Assembly: GCA_965644265.1 (NCBI GenBank) | Contig: OZ286464.1 | Coordinates: forward strand, 88,536,001-88,600,000 | Source of the DNA: Glycera tridactyla | Lineage: Eukaryota | Direction: 5' to 3' | DNA length: 64,000 nucleotides | Part shown: one piece after another, positions 26,285-39,227 of the stretch | Position numbering within the stretch: the first letter of the stretch is position 1 | Layout of the letters: each line of letters starts with the position of its first letter | Translations under genes and position numbers: made by a program | Notes under the pieces: model-generated | What the model was told of the DNA's origin: nothing | Databases searched by the model: none | Seen by the model: only the letters and a program-made list of their open reading frames with translations

Positions 26285-26870
26285 GAAAAAGTTTGGTCCA
26301 AAGTTTGTGTTTGAATAGAGGAGTCTCCAGACGTAATCGACGCAGGTCAATGAATGGCTTCAGAATAGTTGTATAGGTCTCACATATCACAAACATTGTA
26401 TGAACAAAAGAACATGTTGGTTACGGAGAAGCTGACCTATTAATGATGGCAAAGCTGAAAGAGGTGTGTTCATTCAGGGGGCTGTTTCACAATACAGACA
26501 TAGTGAATGTGCCAAAATATGTCGAAAAATGCATGTAAAATAAAAAAAGGGCAATAACTCCTTCAAAAATGATTCAATCACAAAACCCTGACGATATGCA
26601 CTGCAGAACCTTAAGATGATCATTCCGGGAAAATTTGGAGAAAATTGCATGTAAAATGAAAGATTCAAAAAAGGGCTATAACATCTCAAAAAATAATCTG
26701 ATCATGAAACCCTGACAATATGCACTGCATAACCTTATGATGACCATTCTGTGAAAGTGTGGTGAAAATCGCATGTAAAATGAATGAGGAGTTGCGCAGC
26801 CAAGAAAGTGTGACGGACTGACGGACGGCCACTATTTTAATATCCCTACGCCTTTCGGCAAGGGATAATT
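26176..26870 (+). mobile_element. Helentron-associated (HINE/DINE/pearl-like) modular element
   Basis: 5' AACAAG plus the short palindrome CTGTCACAGACAG, internal (CA)n, tandem AAAGGGCAATAACTC cores, GACGG repeats and a 3' stem-loop ATCCCTACGCC-TTTC-GGCAAGGGAT. Similar modular elements occur at ~2389-2830 and ~55950-57260. Confidence 0.55.
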
Positions 26871-29800
26871 ACAACTTGAGTGTCTGTGAATTCCATAGCA
26901 TTCCACCTTCTGTTTCGGGCCCAGAAGGAGGAGTTTTTTTATGAACCCACCGATCCCCATTGCATAGGCATCTCAATATAGCCTGTATGGAGCTCACGTG
27001 ATGGGAAACAGCCAGGGTTAATTTTGGAAAAAAAATCCCGTTTGGTGTTAACACATGTTTGGGCATAAAAATAATGCAGTAATCGTTTGAAGGACAGTGA
27101 TAGAGGTATCTAGGAAGGTGGGCAAGTGACCTACTAGTGTTATGCCGTAGGTTCCAGTCAGGAAACCAGAACTAAGCCTACTGAACTGTCATCTTCCACT
27201 TGACAACCTTTAAGGTTCCCATCATCTTGTGTCCAGGAGTTGTGAGAATGATGTCTGTAGGGGAGAGAATATCTAGCTTTCATTAACCGAGAACACACGG
27301 CATGCATAACCCTTGGGTTGATCCATGCCATTGAATCTATAAAGCACAAAAACGATATGATCAGTGGGTTGAATTGCGTTAATTGCCAATCTGCTCAATG
27401 TCCATGATAGACAGAATGGTTTTGTATGGATATCAGTAAACCAATTATTGGAGATCACTCATTGGAATTATGGTATACCATAAATCAATTTATGGATCTC
27501 CCTCAATCGAATTAGGGATCTCCCTAAATGCTCTTGTCTGAAGCAAGATGGCAGCACCATGGGCTGGCCTGATTGAGCGAACACCATAAATCGATTTAGG
27601 GAAATCACTGAATCGATTTATTGAGATCCCTGATTCGAATTATTGTATACCATAAATTGATTTAAGGATCTCCCTTAATCGAATCAGGGATCTCCCTGAA
27701 TGCTTTTTTCTGACGTAAGATGGCAGCACCATGGGCTGGCCTGATTTAGGGAACAACCTAAATCGATTTATGGAGATCCCTAATTCGTATTATGGTAGAC
27801 CATAAATCGATTTATGGATCTCCATTAATCAAATTAGGGATCTCCCTAAATGCCCTTGTCTTCCTAAATGCCCTTGTCTGTAGCACCATGGGCTGGCCAG
27901 AATTAGGGAACACCCTAAATCGAGTTATGGAGATCACTAAACCGATTCATGGAGATCCCTACTTCAAATTGTGGTATACCATAAATCGATTTATGTATCT
28001 CCCTTGATCGAATTAGAGATCTCCCTAAATGCCCTTGTCTGAGGCAAGATGGCACAACCATAGGCTGGTCACAATAAGGAAACATCCTAAATCGATCTAT
28101 GGAGATCACTAATCGATTTATGGAGATCCCTAATTTGAATTATGGTATACCATAAATCGATTTATGGATCTCCCTTGATCGAATTAGGGATCTCCCTGAA
28201 TGCCCTTGTCTGAAGCAAGATGGCAGCACATGTGCCATCTTCACCACGACCATCACCACATTCACCACCATCATCTCAATCATCGTGGCCACTGCTGCTG
28301 CCAGCGCTGTCAACATTACAATCATCCATCAATACCTGGATCATTATCATCAACAACAGCACCATCATTACTGCCACCAACACAACCACCACATTTGGAC
28401 AAGCAGTTTGGCAAGCTTCAGGTGGATTCATACATAAATTGGGACGGGATTAAAGTCATGACTCACCGCCACTGCTACCACCAATACTACCAGCATCACC
28501 AATGCCACAAGTATCACAACCACCACCTTCACTAGCATCACTGCCACCAGCACCAGCACTGCCACCACTATCAACAACAAGACCAGCACCATGACAATCA
28601 TCACCTCCACCGACACCACCATCACGACCACCACCATCACTAGCATCACTGCCATCATCACCACCACTCCATCAACACTAATTATACTTTGATCACCACC
28701 ACCAAAACCATCACCACCATGACAATCCACATCTCTATGAACACCACCGTCAACATTAATACCACCACCACCATTACCATGACCATGACCATCTCCACCA
28801 CCACAACCAACTGCTACTGCTGCTGCTTCTACTCTTGCTACTACTACNNNNNNNNNNNNNNNNNNNNNNNNNNNNNNNNNNNNNNNNNNNNNNNNNNNNN
28901 NNNNNNNNNNNNNNNNNNNNNNNNNNNNNNNNNNNNNNNNNNNNNNNNNNNNNNNNNNNNNNNNNNNNNNNNNNNNNNNNNNNNNNNNNNNNNNNNNNNN
29001 TAGACAGGACCAATACATGTATTATTTCAAGGGGGCCAATCGGAACCCATGTGAGAATACCCTGGAACATACAAAAGAAAGATCATGTGTCTTTATTTCT
29101 GAACAACAAAGGGGTGAAATCTCTTAACCAATTCTGTCAGGGCTATACAATGCTGCTTATGGCTACCTATGTACAGGAGTGATATGGCAACAACAGGGAA
29201 TGGTCTGAATTAGGGAACTCCATGAATCAATCTATGGAGATCCCTAATTGGAATTATAGAGGACCATGAATCGATATATGGAGAACACTAAATCGATTTA
29301 GAGATCTCCCTAAATGCCTTCTTTTGAAGCAAGGTGGCACCACCATAGGCTTGCCAGAATTAGGGAACACCCTGAATCAATCCATGGAGATCACTTAATC
29401 GATTTATGGAGATCGAATTATGGTATACCATGAACCGATTTATGGATCGCCCTTAATCAGTTAGTCATCTGCCTAAATGCTCTTGTCTCAAGCAAGATGG
29501 CAGCACATGGGCCATCTTCACCACCACCACCATCACCACATTCACCACCATCATCTCAATCATCGTGGCCACTGCTGCTGCCAGCGCTGTCAACATCACA
29601 ACCATCCACCAATATGTGGATCATTACCATCAACAACAGCACCACCATTACTGCCACCAACACCACCATCACATTTGCACAAGCAGTTTGGCAAGCTTCA
29701 GGTGTATTCATATATAAATTGTGATGGGATTAAAGTCATGACTCACTGCCACTGCTACAACCAGTACTACCAGCATCACAACTGCCACAAGCATCACAAC

Positions 29801-30108
29801 CACCACCATCACTAGCATCACTGCCATCACCACCATCAATACTAATTATACTTTGATCCCCACCACCACTCTCAACAACAAAACCAGCACCATGACAATC
29901 ATCACCTCCACCAAAACCACCACCACCACCATCACAATCCACATCTCCATGAACACCACCACAACCCCCAATACAATCACCACCACAATCAACTGCTACT
30001 GCTGCTGCTGCTTCTACTATTGCTACTACTACTGTGACCACCACCACCATCACTACTACTACTACTACCGCCACCACCATTACTACTACTAACACTACTA
30101 CTACCATG

Positions 30109-30161
<53 letters not shown>

Positions 30162-31486
30162 CACTCCTACTAGTCAATATAGACAGGACTAATACATGTA
30201 TTATTTCATGGGACCAATCGGCTTCCATGTGAGAATACCCTGGAACATACAAAAGAATGATCTGTGTCTTTATTTCTGAACAACAAAGGGGTGAAATCTC
30301 CTTACCAATTCTGTCAGGGCTATACACTGCTGCTCATGGCTACCTATGTACAGGAGTTTTAAGTGAGATGGCACCAACAGGGAATGGTCTGAATTAGGGA
30401 ACTCCATGAATCGATTTATGGAGATCCCTAATTCGAATTATGGAGAACCATGAATCGATTTATGGAGAACACTAAATCGAATTAGAGATCTACCTAAATT
30501 CCTTCTTCTGAAGGAAGGTGGCACCATCATAGGCTTGCCAGAACTACGGAACACCCTGAATCAATCCATGGAGATCACCTAATTGATTTATGGAGATCGA
30601 ATTATGGTATACCATATATCGATTTATGGATCTCTCTTAATTGAATTAGGGATCTCCCTAAATGCCCTTGTCTGAAGCACGATGGCACCGCCATGGGCTG
30701 GCCAGAATTAGGGAACACCCTAATTTGATTTATGGAGCTCAATAATTCGAATTATGGTATACCACAAACCGATTTATGGATCTCCCTTAATCAGTTAGGC
30801 ATCTGCCTAAATGCTCGTCTCAAGCGAGATGGCAGCACATGGGCCATCTTCACCACCACCACCACCATCACCACATCCACCACCATCATCAAAATCATCC
30901 TGGCCACTGCTGCTGCCTGCGCTTTCAATATTACAACCATCCATCAATACCTGGATCATTAACATCAACAACAGCACCACCATTACTGCCACCAACACCA
31001 CCATCACATTTGCACAAGTAGTTTGGAAAGCTTCAGGTGGATTCATATATAAATTGTGATTGGATTAAAGTCATGACTCACCGCCACTGCTACCACCAAT
31101 ACTACCAGCATCACTAATGCCACAAGCATCACAACCACCACCTTCACTAGCATCACTGCCACCAGCACCATGACAATCATCACCTCCACCGACACCACCA
31201 TCACGACCACCACCATCACTGCCATCATCACCACCACCCCATCAACACTAATTATACTTTGATCACCACCACCAAAACCACCACCACCATCACAATCCAC
31301 ATCTCTGAACACCACCGTCAACATTAATACCACCACCACCATTACCATGACCATCTCCACCACCACAACCAACTGCTACTGCTGCTGCTTCTACTCTTGC
31401 TACTACTACTATTACCACCACCGCCACCTACACCTCCAACACCTCCACCAACACCACCACCACTACTACTACCATTACTACTACTT

Positions 31487-31517
<31 letters not shown>

Positions 31518-32269
31518 CATGACCACTACTACTACCACTACTGCTACTTCCACTCCTACTAGTCAATATAGACACGACCAATACATGTATTATTTCATGG
31601 GGCCAATCGGAACCCGTGTGAGAATACCCTGGAACATACAAAAGAAAGATCATGTGTCTATTTCTGAACAACACAGGGATGAAATCTCTCAACAAATTCT
31701 GTCAGGGCTATACACTGCTGCTTATGGCTACCTACGTACAGGAGTTTCAAGTGAGATGGCACCAATAGGGAATGGTCTGCATAAGGGAACTCCATGAATC
31801 GATTCATGGAGATCCCTAATTCGAATTATAGAGGACCATGAATCGATTTATGGAGAACACTAAATCGAACTAGGGATCTCCCTAAATGCCTTCTTCTGAA
31901 GCAAGGTGGCACCATCATAGGCTTGCCTGAATTAGGGAACACTCTAAATCAATCTATGGAGATCACTTAATCGATTCATGGAGATCGAATTATGGTATAC
32001 TATATATTGATTTATGGATCTCTCTTAATTGAATTAGAGATCTCCCTAAATGCCCTTGTCTGAAGCAAGATGGCAGCACCATGGGCTGGCCAGAATTAGG
32101 GAACACCCTGATTTGATTCACGGAGATCCCTAATTCGAATTATGGTATACCATAAATCGATTTATGGATCTCCCCTAATCAGTTAGGGATCTGCCTAAAT
32201 GCCCTTGTCTCAAGCAAGATGGCAGCGAATGGGCCATCTTCACCACCACCACCACCATCACCACATCCA

Positions 32270-32951
32270 ATCTTTTGGAATGGGGGGGTTGAATGAAAAC
32301 ATACCTTCAAAAATTTCTATCATCTATCTTTAGGCATTTTCTACCAAAATTGCACTATCACAATATCTCTCTTTCTTGACCTCTTTCTTATCCCTCTAAG
32401 CTATTTCTTATTTCTTCAGTGAAATGGTCTCAGGTGTAGGTGGCTGATGGTTTGCCTGTAGCAGATTTTGTCACTATGCAAAACGCGGGTACCAGGCACA
32501 CCAGTTCTGGGTTACTAGGGCTGTGACTAGGTTTACTAGGTTGTGTGATGGCATTGTACTGCAAGCATAGGGCAAGCCATAATAGTAAAGTTGACAGTTC
32601 GTAATTGAAGACATTGTTTGAGTATTCTCCGAACCTAATGCTTTTCCTTGTTTCAAGTACTGCGCTTTGCGTGAAAAAAAACATAGCTATCAGGCTTGAG
32701 TGTTAGCTTCCGGCCAGTTACATAGTTAGATATGCCATCATCAGGTTTTTGTAGAGTAAGAGTTGGTAGGGGTGTGTCTGAACCATCAGCTACTTCCACT
32801 TGACAATCTTACAGGTTCCCCATCATCTTGTGTTCAGGGTTTGTGAGAGTGATGTCTGCAGGGGAGAGACCATCTAGCTTTCATTAACCGGGAACACACG
32901 GCATACATAATCCTGTGGGTTGATACATGCCGTTAAGCCTCAAACGAACAA
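32270..32951 (+). mobile_element. Non-coding retroposon (SINE-like or LINE 3' UTR) with (CAAA)n tail
   Basis: 10-bp TSD ACCACATCCA (32260-32269 and 32952-32961). 32270-32790 is the reverse complement of ~40420-40949. Confidence 0.85.
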
Positions 32952-33489
32952 ACCACATCCACCACCATCATCATAATCATCGTGGCCACTGCTGCTGCCA
33001 GCGGTGTCAACATTACAACCATCCATCAATACCTGGATACTACCAGCACTACCAATGCCTAAAGCATCACAACCAACACCTTTACCATCACCACCACAAC
33101 AACCCCATCAACACTAATTATACTTTGATCACCATCACCACCATCACCACTATCAACAACAAAACCAGCACCATGACAATCATCATCTCCACCGAAACCA
33201 CCACCACCACAATCACCATCACAATCCACATCTCTATGGACACCACCATCAACAATACCACCACAACCACCATCAACACCACCACCACCACCACCACCAC
33301 CATCTCCACCACCACAGACACTAACAAAAGCACCACCACAACCAACTGCTACTGCTGCTTCTACTATTGGTACTACTACTACCACCATCACCATCACCAC
33401 TACTACTACTACTATTACTACCATAACTACTACTTCTACTTCCACTACTAAGACTACTACTACTACTACCACTACTGATGCTACTACTA

Positions 33490-33544
<55 letters not shown>

Positions 33545-34571
33545 CACTCCTACTAGTCAATATAGACAGGACCAATACATGTATTATTTCATGGGCCCAA
33601 TTGGAACCCATGTGAGAATACCCTGGAACATACAAAAGAAAGATCATGTGTCTTTATTTCTGAACAACAAAGGTGTGAAATCTCTTAACAAATTCTGTCA
33701 GGGCTATAGAATGCTGCTTATGGCTACCTACGTACAGGAGATTCAAGTGAGATGGCACTAACAGGAAATGGACTGAATCAGGGAACTCCATGAATCCATT
33801 TATGGAGATCCCTGATTCGAATTATAGAGAACCATGAACCGATTCATGGAGAACACTAGATCGAATTAGGGATCTCCCTAAATGCCTTGTCTGAAACAAG
33901 ATGGCACCGCCATGGGCTGGTCAGAATTAGGGAACACCCTTATTCGATTTATGGAGATGCCTGATTCGAATTATGGTATACCATGAATCGATTTATGGAT
34001 CTCCCTTAATCAGTTAGGGATCTCCGTAAATGCCCTTGTCTCAAGCAAGATGGCAGCACATGGACCATCTTCACCACCACCACCACCATCACCACATCCA
34101 CCACCATCATCACAATCATCGTGGCCACTGCTGCTGCCAGCGCTGTCAACATTACAACCATCCACCAATACCTGGATCATTACCATCAACAACAGCACCA
34201 CCATTACTGCCACCAACACCACCATCACATCTGCACAAGCAGTTTGGGAAGCTTCAGTTGGATTCATATATAAATTGTGATGGGATTAAAGTCATGACTC
34301 ACCGCCACTGCTACAACCAATACTAACAGCATCACTAATGCCACCAGCATCACAACCACCACCATCACTAGCATCACTGCCATCACCACCACTACCACCA
34401 TCGATACTAATTATACTTTGATCACCACCACTCAACAACAAAACCAGCACCATGACAATCATCACCTCCACCAAAACCACCACCACCACCATCACAATCC
34501 ACATCTCTATGAACACCACCATCAACAACAATACCACCACAATCACCAATACAATCACCACCACAATCAAT

Positions 34572-34602
<31 letters not shown>

Positions 34603-34624
34603 ACTGCTACTGCTACTGCTACTG

Positions 34625-34657
<33 letters not shown>

Positions 34658-34662
34658 TTACT

Positions 34663-35494
34663 CCAAGGATAAACTGAGGACGTATCTGAAAATTCATCAC
34701 AGGAGACGTATCTGAAAATTCATGACAATTCCACCACGAAGGTACTTGTGAATAAGTCGAGTAAATGGAAGCAAGTTAAAACCGGGGTTTTACCCCTAGC
34801 CATAGAGACCGGGAGATTCAAGGCTGTACCCATATGTGAAAGAGTTTGTCAATGTTGTGAGAAATCTGGGATTGAAGATGAGGAACATTTTCTCGTGAAA
34901 TGCCCTGTGTTGAAAGAACCTTGAGATGCCTTAATCGACAAACTAAGAGAAGTAGAAGGGTCTGTAACACTGAATAGTATTGAAGATGTGAAAGGGCTCC
35001 TAGAGCCCAACCTTATCAAAACGTTTGCCATGGGAATTTCGAACATATGTTGGATGTGAGAAAGGAAATATGTACACTGAATCTGCGAAATGAAATCTAC
35101 GAAAAACGTCTATAATTATATATATATTTGATATGTCAATCGAACAGTTTCCATTTTTTGAGTTTTAATTGAAAAACAAGTCTATTTGAATATTGATGTT
35201 CTGTGCGTACGTTATTTGTATAGAGTATGTAAATGTACAAAGTGTAAATATCTCTGTAAATATGTTTGGAACTGTTATGTGTTAGAAAACTGTTGACATG
35301 CCGAACAAGAACTTCAACTAGCTGGGAGTATATATATTAATGAAAAATTGCGTTGTGAAAAATTGCCTCCTTGCGGGGCGGGGGAAATATACAAAACAGA
35401 ATATAAATCGGGTGATGCTATGATTATTTGTATGTTGTATATGAAATGTTCATGTATCCTTTGTCACAGAAATAAAAATACTTATTACTTATTA
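34663..35494 (+). mobile_element. 3' end of a LINE (RTE-X-like C-terminus) inserted in a (TAC)n tract of the tandem array
   Basis: Translates KDKLRTYLKI...GVLPLAIETGRFKAVPICERVCQCCEKSGIEDEEHFLVKC (CxxC...HxxxxC knuckle). This is followed by an AT-rich UTR, AATAAA near 35470 and a TTATTAC-repeat tail. The clade assignment is from motif recollection. Confidence 0.8.
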
Positions 35495-35541
35495 CTACTA
35501 CTACTACCACCATTACTACTACTAACACTACTACTACCATG

Positions 35542-35573
<32 letters not shown>

Positions 35574-36697
35574 CACTACTACCACTCCTCCTAGTCAATA
35601 TAGACATGACCAATACATGTATTATTTCATGGGGCCAATTGGAACGGATGTGATAATACCCTGGATCATACAGAAGAAAGATAATGTGTCTATTTCTGAA
35701 CAACACAGGGGTGAAATCTCTCAACAAATTCTGTCAGGGCTACACTGCTGCTTATGGCTACCTACGTACAGGAGTTTTAAGTGAGATGGAACCAGCAGGG
35801 AATGGTCTGAATTAGGGAACTCCATGAATCGATTCATGGAGAACCCTGATTCTGATTATGGAGATCACTATATCGAATTAGGGATCTCCCTAAATGCCCT
35901 TTTCTGAAGCAAGATGGCACCATCATAGGCTGGTCAGAATTAGGGAACACCTTAAATTGATTCATGGAGATCACTAAATCGATTTATTGAGATCCTTGAT
36001 TCGAATTATGGTATACCATAAATCGATTCATGGAGAACACTGAATCGGATTAGGGATTTCCCTAAATGCCCTTGTCTGGAAGCACATGAGCCATCTTCAC
36101 CACCACCACCAATCAACACAACCACCACCATCATCACAGTCATCATTACAACCATCCATCAATATCTGTATCATCAATATCAACACCACCATCAACATCA
36201 ACAATACCGGCACCACCATTACCGCCACCAACACCACCACCACAATTGGACAAGCAGTTTGACAAGCTTCAGGTGGATTCATACATAAATTGTGATTGGA
36301 TGTCATGACTCACCGCCACTACTGCCACCAATACTACCAGCATCACCAATGCCACCAGCATCACAACCACCACAATCACTAGCATCACTGCAATCACCAC
36401 CCCATCAACACTAATTATACTTTGATCACCACCACCACCACCACCACCACCACCACTATCAACAACAAAACCAGCACCATGACAATCATCACCTCCACCA
36501 AAACCACCACCACCATCACAATCCACATCTCTATGAACACCATCAACAATACCACCACAACCGCCATCGACAACACCACCATTACCATCTCCACCACCAC
36601 AACCACCAATACAATCACCACCACAACCAACTGCTACTGATGCTTCCACTATTGCTACTACTACTTCTACCACCACCACCACCACTACTACCACCAT

Positions 36698-36760
<63 letters not shown>

Positions 36761-39227
36761 CATTCCTACTAGTCAATATAGACAGAACCAATACATGTAT
36801 TATTTCATGGGGCCAATTGGGACCCATGTGAGAATACCCGGGAACATACAAAAGAAAGATCATGTGTCTTCAATTCTGAACAACAAAGGGGTGAAATTCT
36901 GTCAGGGCTATACACTGCTGCTTATGGCTACTTATGTACAGGAGTTTCAAGTGAGATGGAACCAACAGGGAATGGTCTGAATTAGAGAACTCGATGAATT
37001 AATTCATGGAGATCCCTATTTCGAATTATGGAGATCCATGGATCGATTTATGGAGAACACTAAATCGAATTAGGGATCTCTTTAAATGCCTTCTTCTGAA
37101 GCAAGGTGGCACCACCATAGGCTGGGCTGATTAGGGAACACCCTAAACCAATTGATGTAGATCACTAAATCGATCTATGGAGATCTATTATTCGATTTAT
37201 GGAGATCAATAATTCGAATTATGGTATACCAATCGATTCGAATCAATTGATTCATGGATCTCCCTCAATCCCCTAAATGCCCGTGTCTGAGGGAAGATGG
37301 CACCACAATAGGCCGATCAGAATTAGGGAACACCCTAAATCAATTTATGGAGATCACTAAATTGATTTATGGAGATCCCTAATTTGAATTATGGTATACC
37401 ATAACTCGATTTATGGATACCCCTCAATCGAATTAGGGATCTCCCTAAATGCCCTTGTCTGAAGCAAGATGGCAGCACATGGACCATCTTCAGCACGACC
37501 ATCAACACATCCACCACCATCATCACAGTCATCGTAGCCACTACTGCTGCCAGCGCTGCCAACATTCCAACCATCCATCAATACCTGGATCATTACCATC
37601 AACACCACCATCAACATCAACAACACTGGCACCACCATTACTGCCACCAACACCACAACCACAATTGGACAAGCAGTGGATTAAAGTCATGACTCACTGC
37701 CACTGCTGCCACCAATACCACCAGCATCACAACCACCACCATCACTAGCATCACTGCAATCACCACAACCATCAGCCCATCAACACTAATTATACTTTGA
37801 TCACCACCACCACCACCACTATCAACAACAAAACCAGCACCATGACAATCATCACCTCCACCAAAACCACCACCACCATCACAATCCACATCTCTATGAA
37901 CACCACCATCAACAATACCACCACAACCACCATCGACAACACCACCACCACCATCATCACCGTCACCATCTCCACCACCACTACGATCACCACCACAACC
38001 AACTGCTACTGCTGCTGCTTCTACTATTGCTACTACTACTGTGACCACCACCACTACTACCATTACTACTACTTCTACTACTACTACTATCACTAATACT
38101 ACTACCACTCCTACTAGCCAATATAGACAGGACCAATACATGTATTATTTCATGGGGCCAATTGGAACCCATGTGAGAATACCCTGGAACATACAGAAGA
38201 AAGATCATGTGTCTTCATTTCTGAACAACACAGGGACGAAATCTCTTAACAAATTCTGTCAGGGCTATACACTGCTGCTCATGGCTACCTATGTACAGGA
38301 GTTTTAAGTGAGATGGCACCAACAGGGAATGGTCTGAATTAGGGAACTCCATGAATCGATTTCGAACTATGGATCTCGCTAAATGCCTTCTTCTGAAGCA
38401 AGGTGGCACCACCAAAGGCTGGCCAGAATTAGGGAAAACCCTAAATTAATTGATGTGGATCACTAAATGGACTCATGGAGATCCCTTATTCGAATTATGT
38501 TATACCATAAATCGATTTATGAAGCTCCCTCAATCGAATTATGGATCTCCCTGAATGCCCTTGTCTGAAGCAAGATGGCAGCACCATGGGCTGGCCTGAT
38601 TGAGCGAACACCATAAATCCATTTAGGGAAATCATTAAATCGATTCATGGAGATCAATAATTTGAATCATGGTATACCATGGATCTCCCTCAATCGAATT
38701 AGGGATCTCCCTAAATGCCTGGTCTGAGGCAAGATGGCACCACCATAGGCCAATCAGAATTAGGGGAACACCCTAAATCGATTCATGGAGATCCCTAATG
38801 TGAATTATGGTATGCCATAAATCGATTTATGGATACCCCTCAATCGAATTAGGGATCTCCCTAAATGCCCTTGTCTGGAGCAAGATGGCAGCACATGGGC
38901 CATCTTCACCACCACCATCACCACATCTTTCACAATATTTTTGGTCACTACTGCTGCCAGCATTGTCAACATTCCAACCATCCATCAATACCTGGATCAT
39001 TACCATCAACACCAGCACCACCATTACTGTCACCAGCACGATCACATTTGGACAAGCAGTTTGGCAAGCTTCAGGTGGATTCATACATAAATTGTGATGG
39101 GATTAAAGTCATGACTCACCACCACTGCTACCACCAATACTACCAGCATCACAACCAACATCGCCACCACCACCACCACCACATCAACACTAATTATACT
39201 TTCATCACCACCACCAACAACATAACC

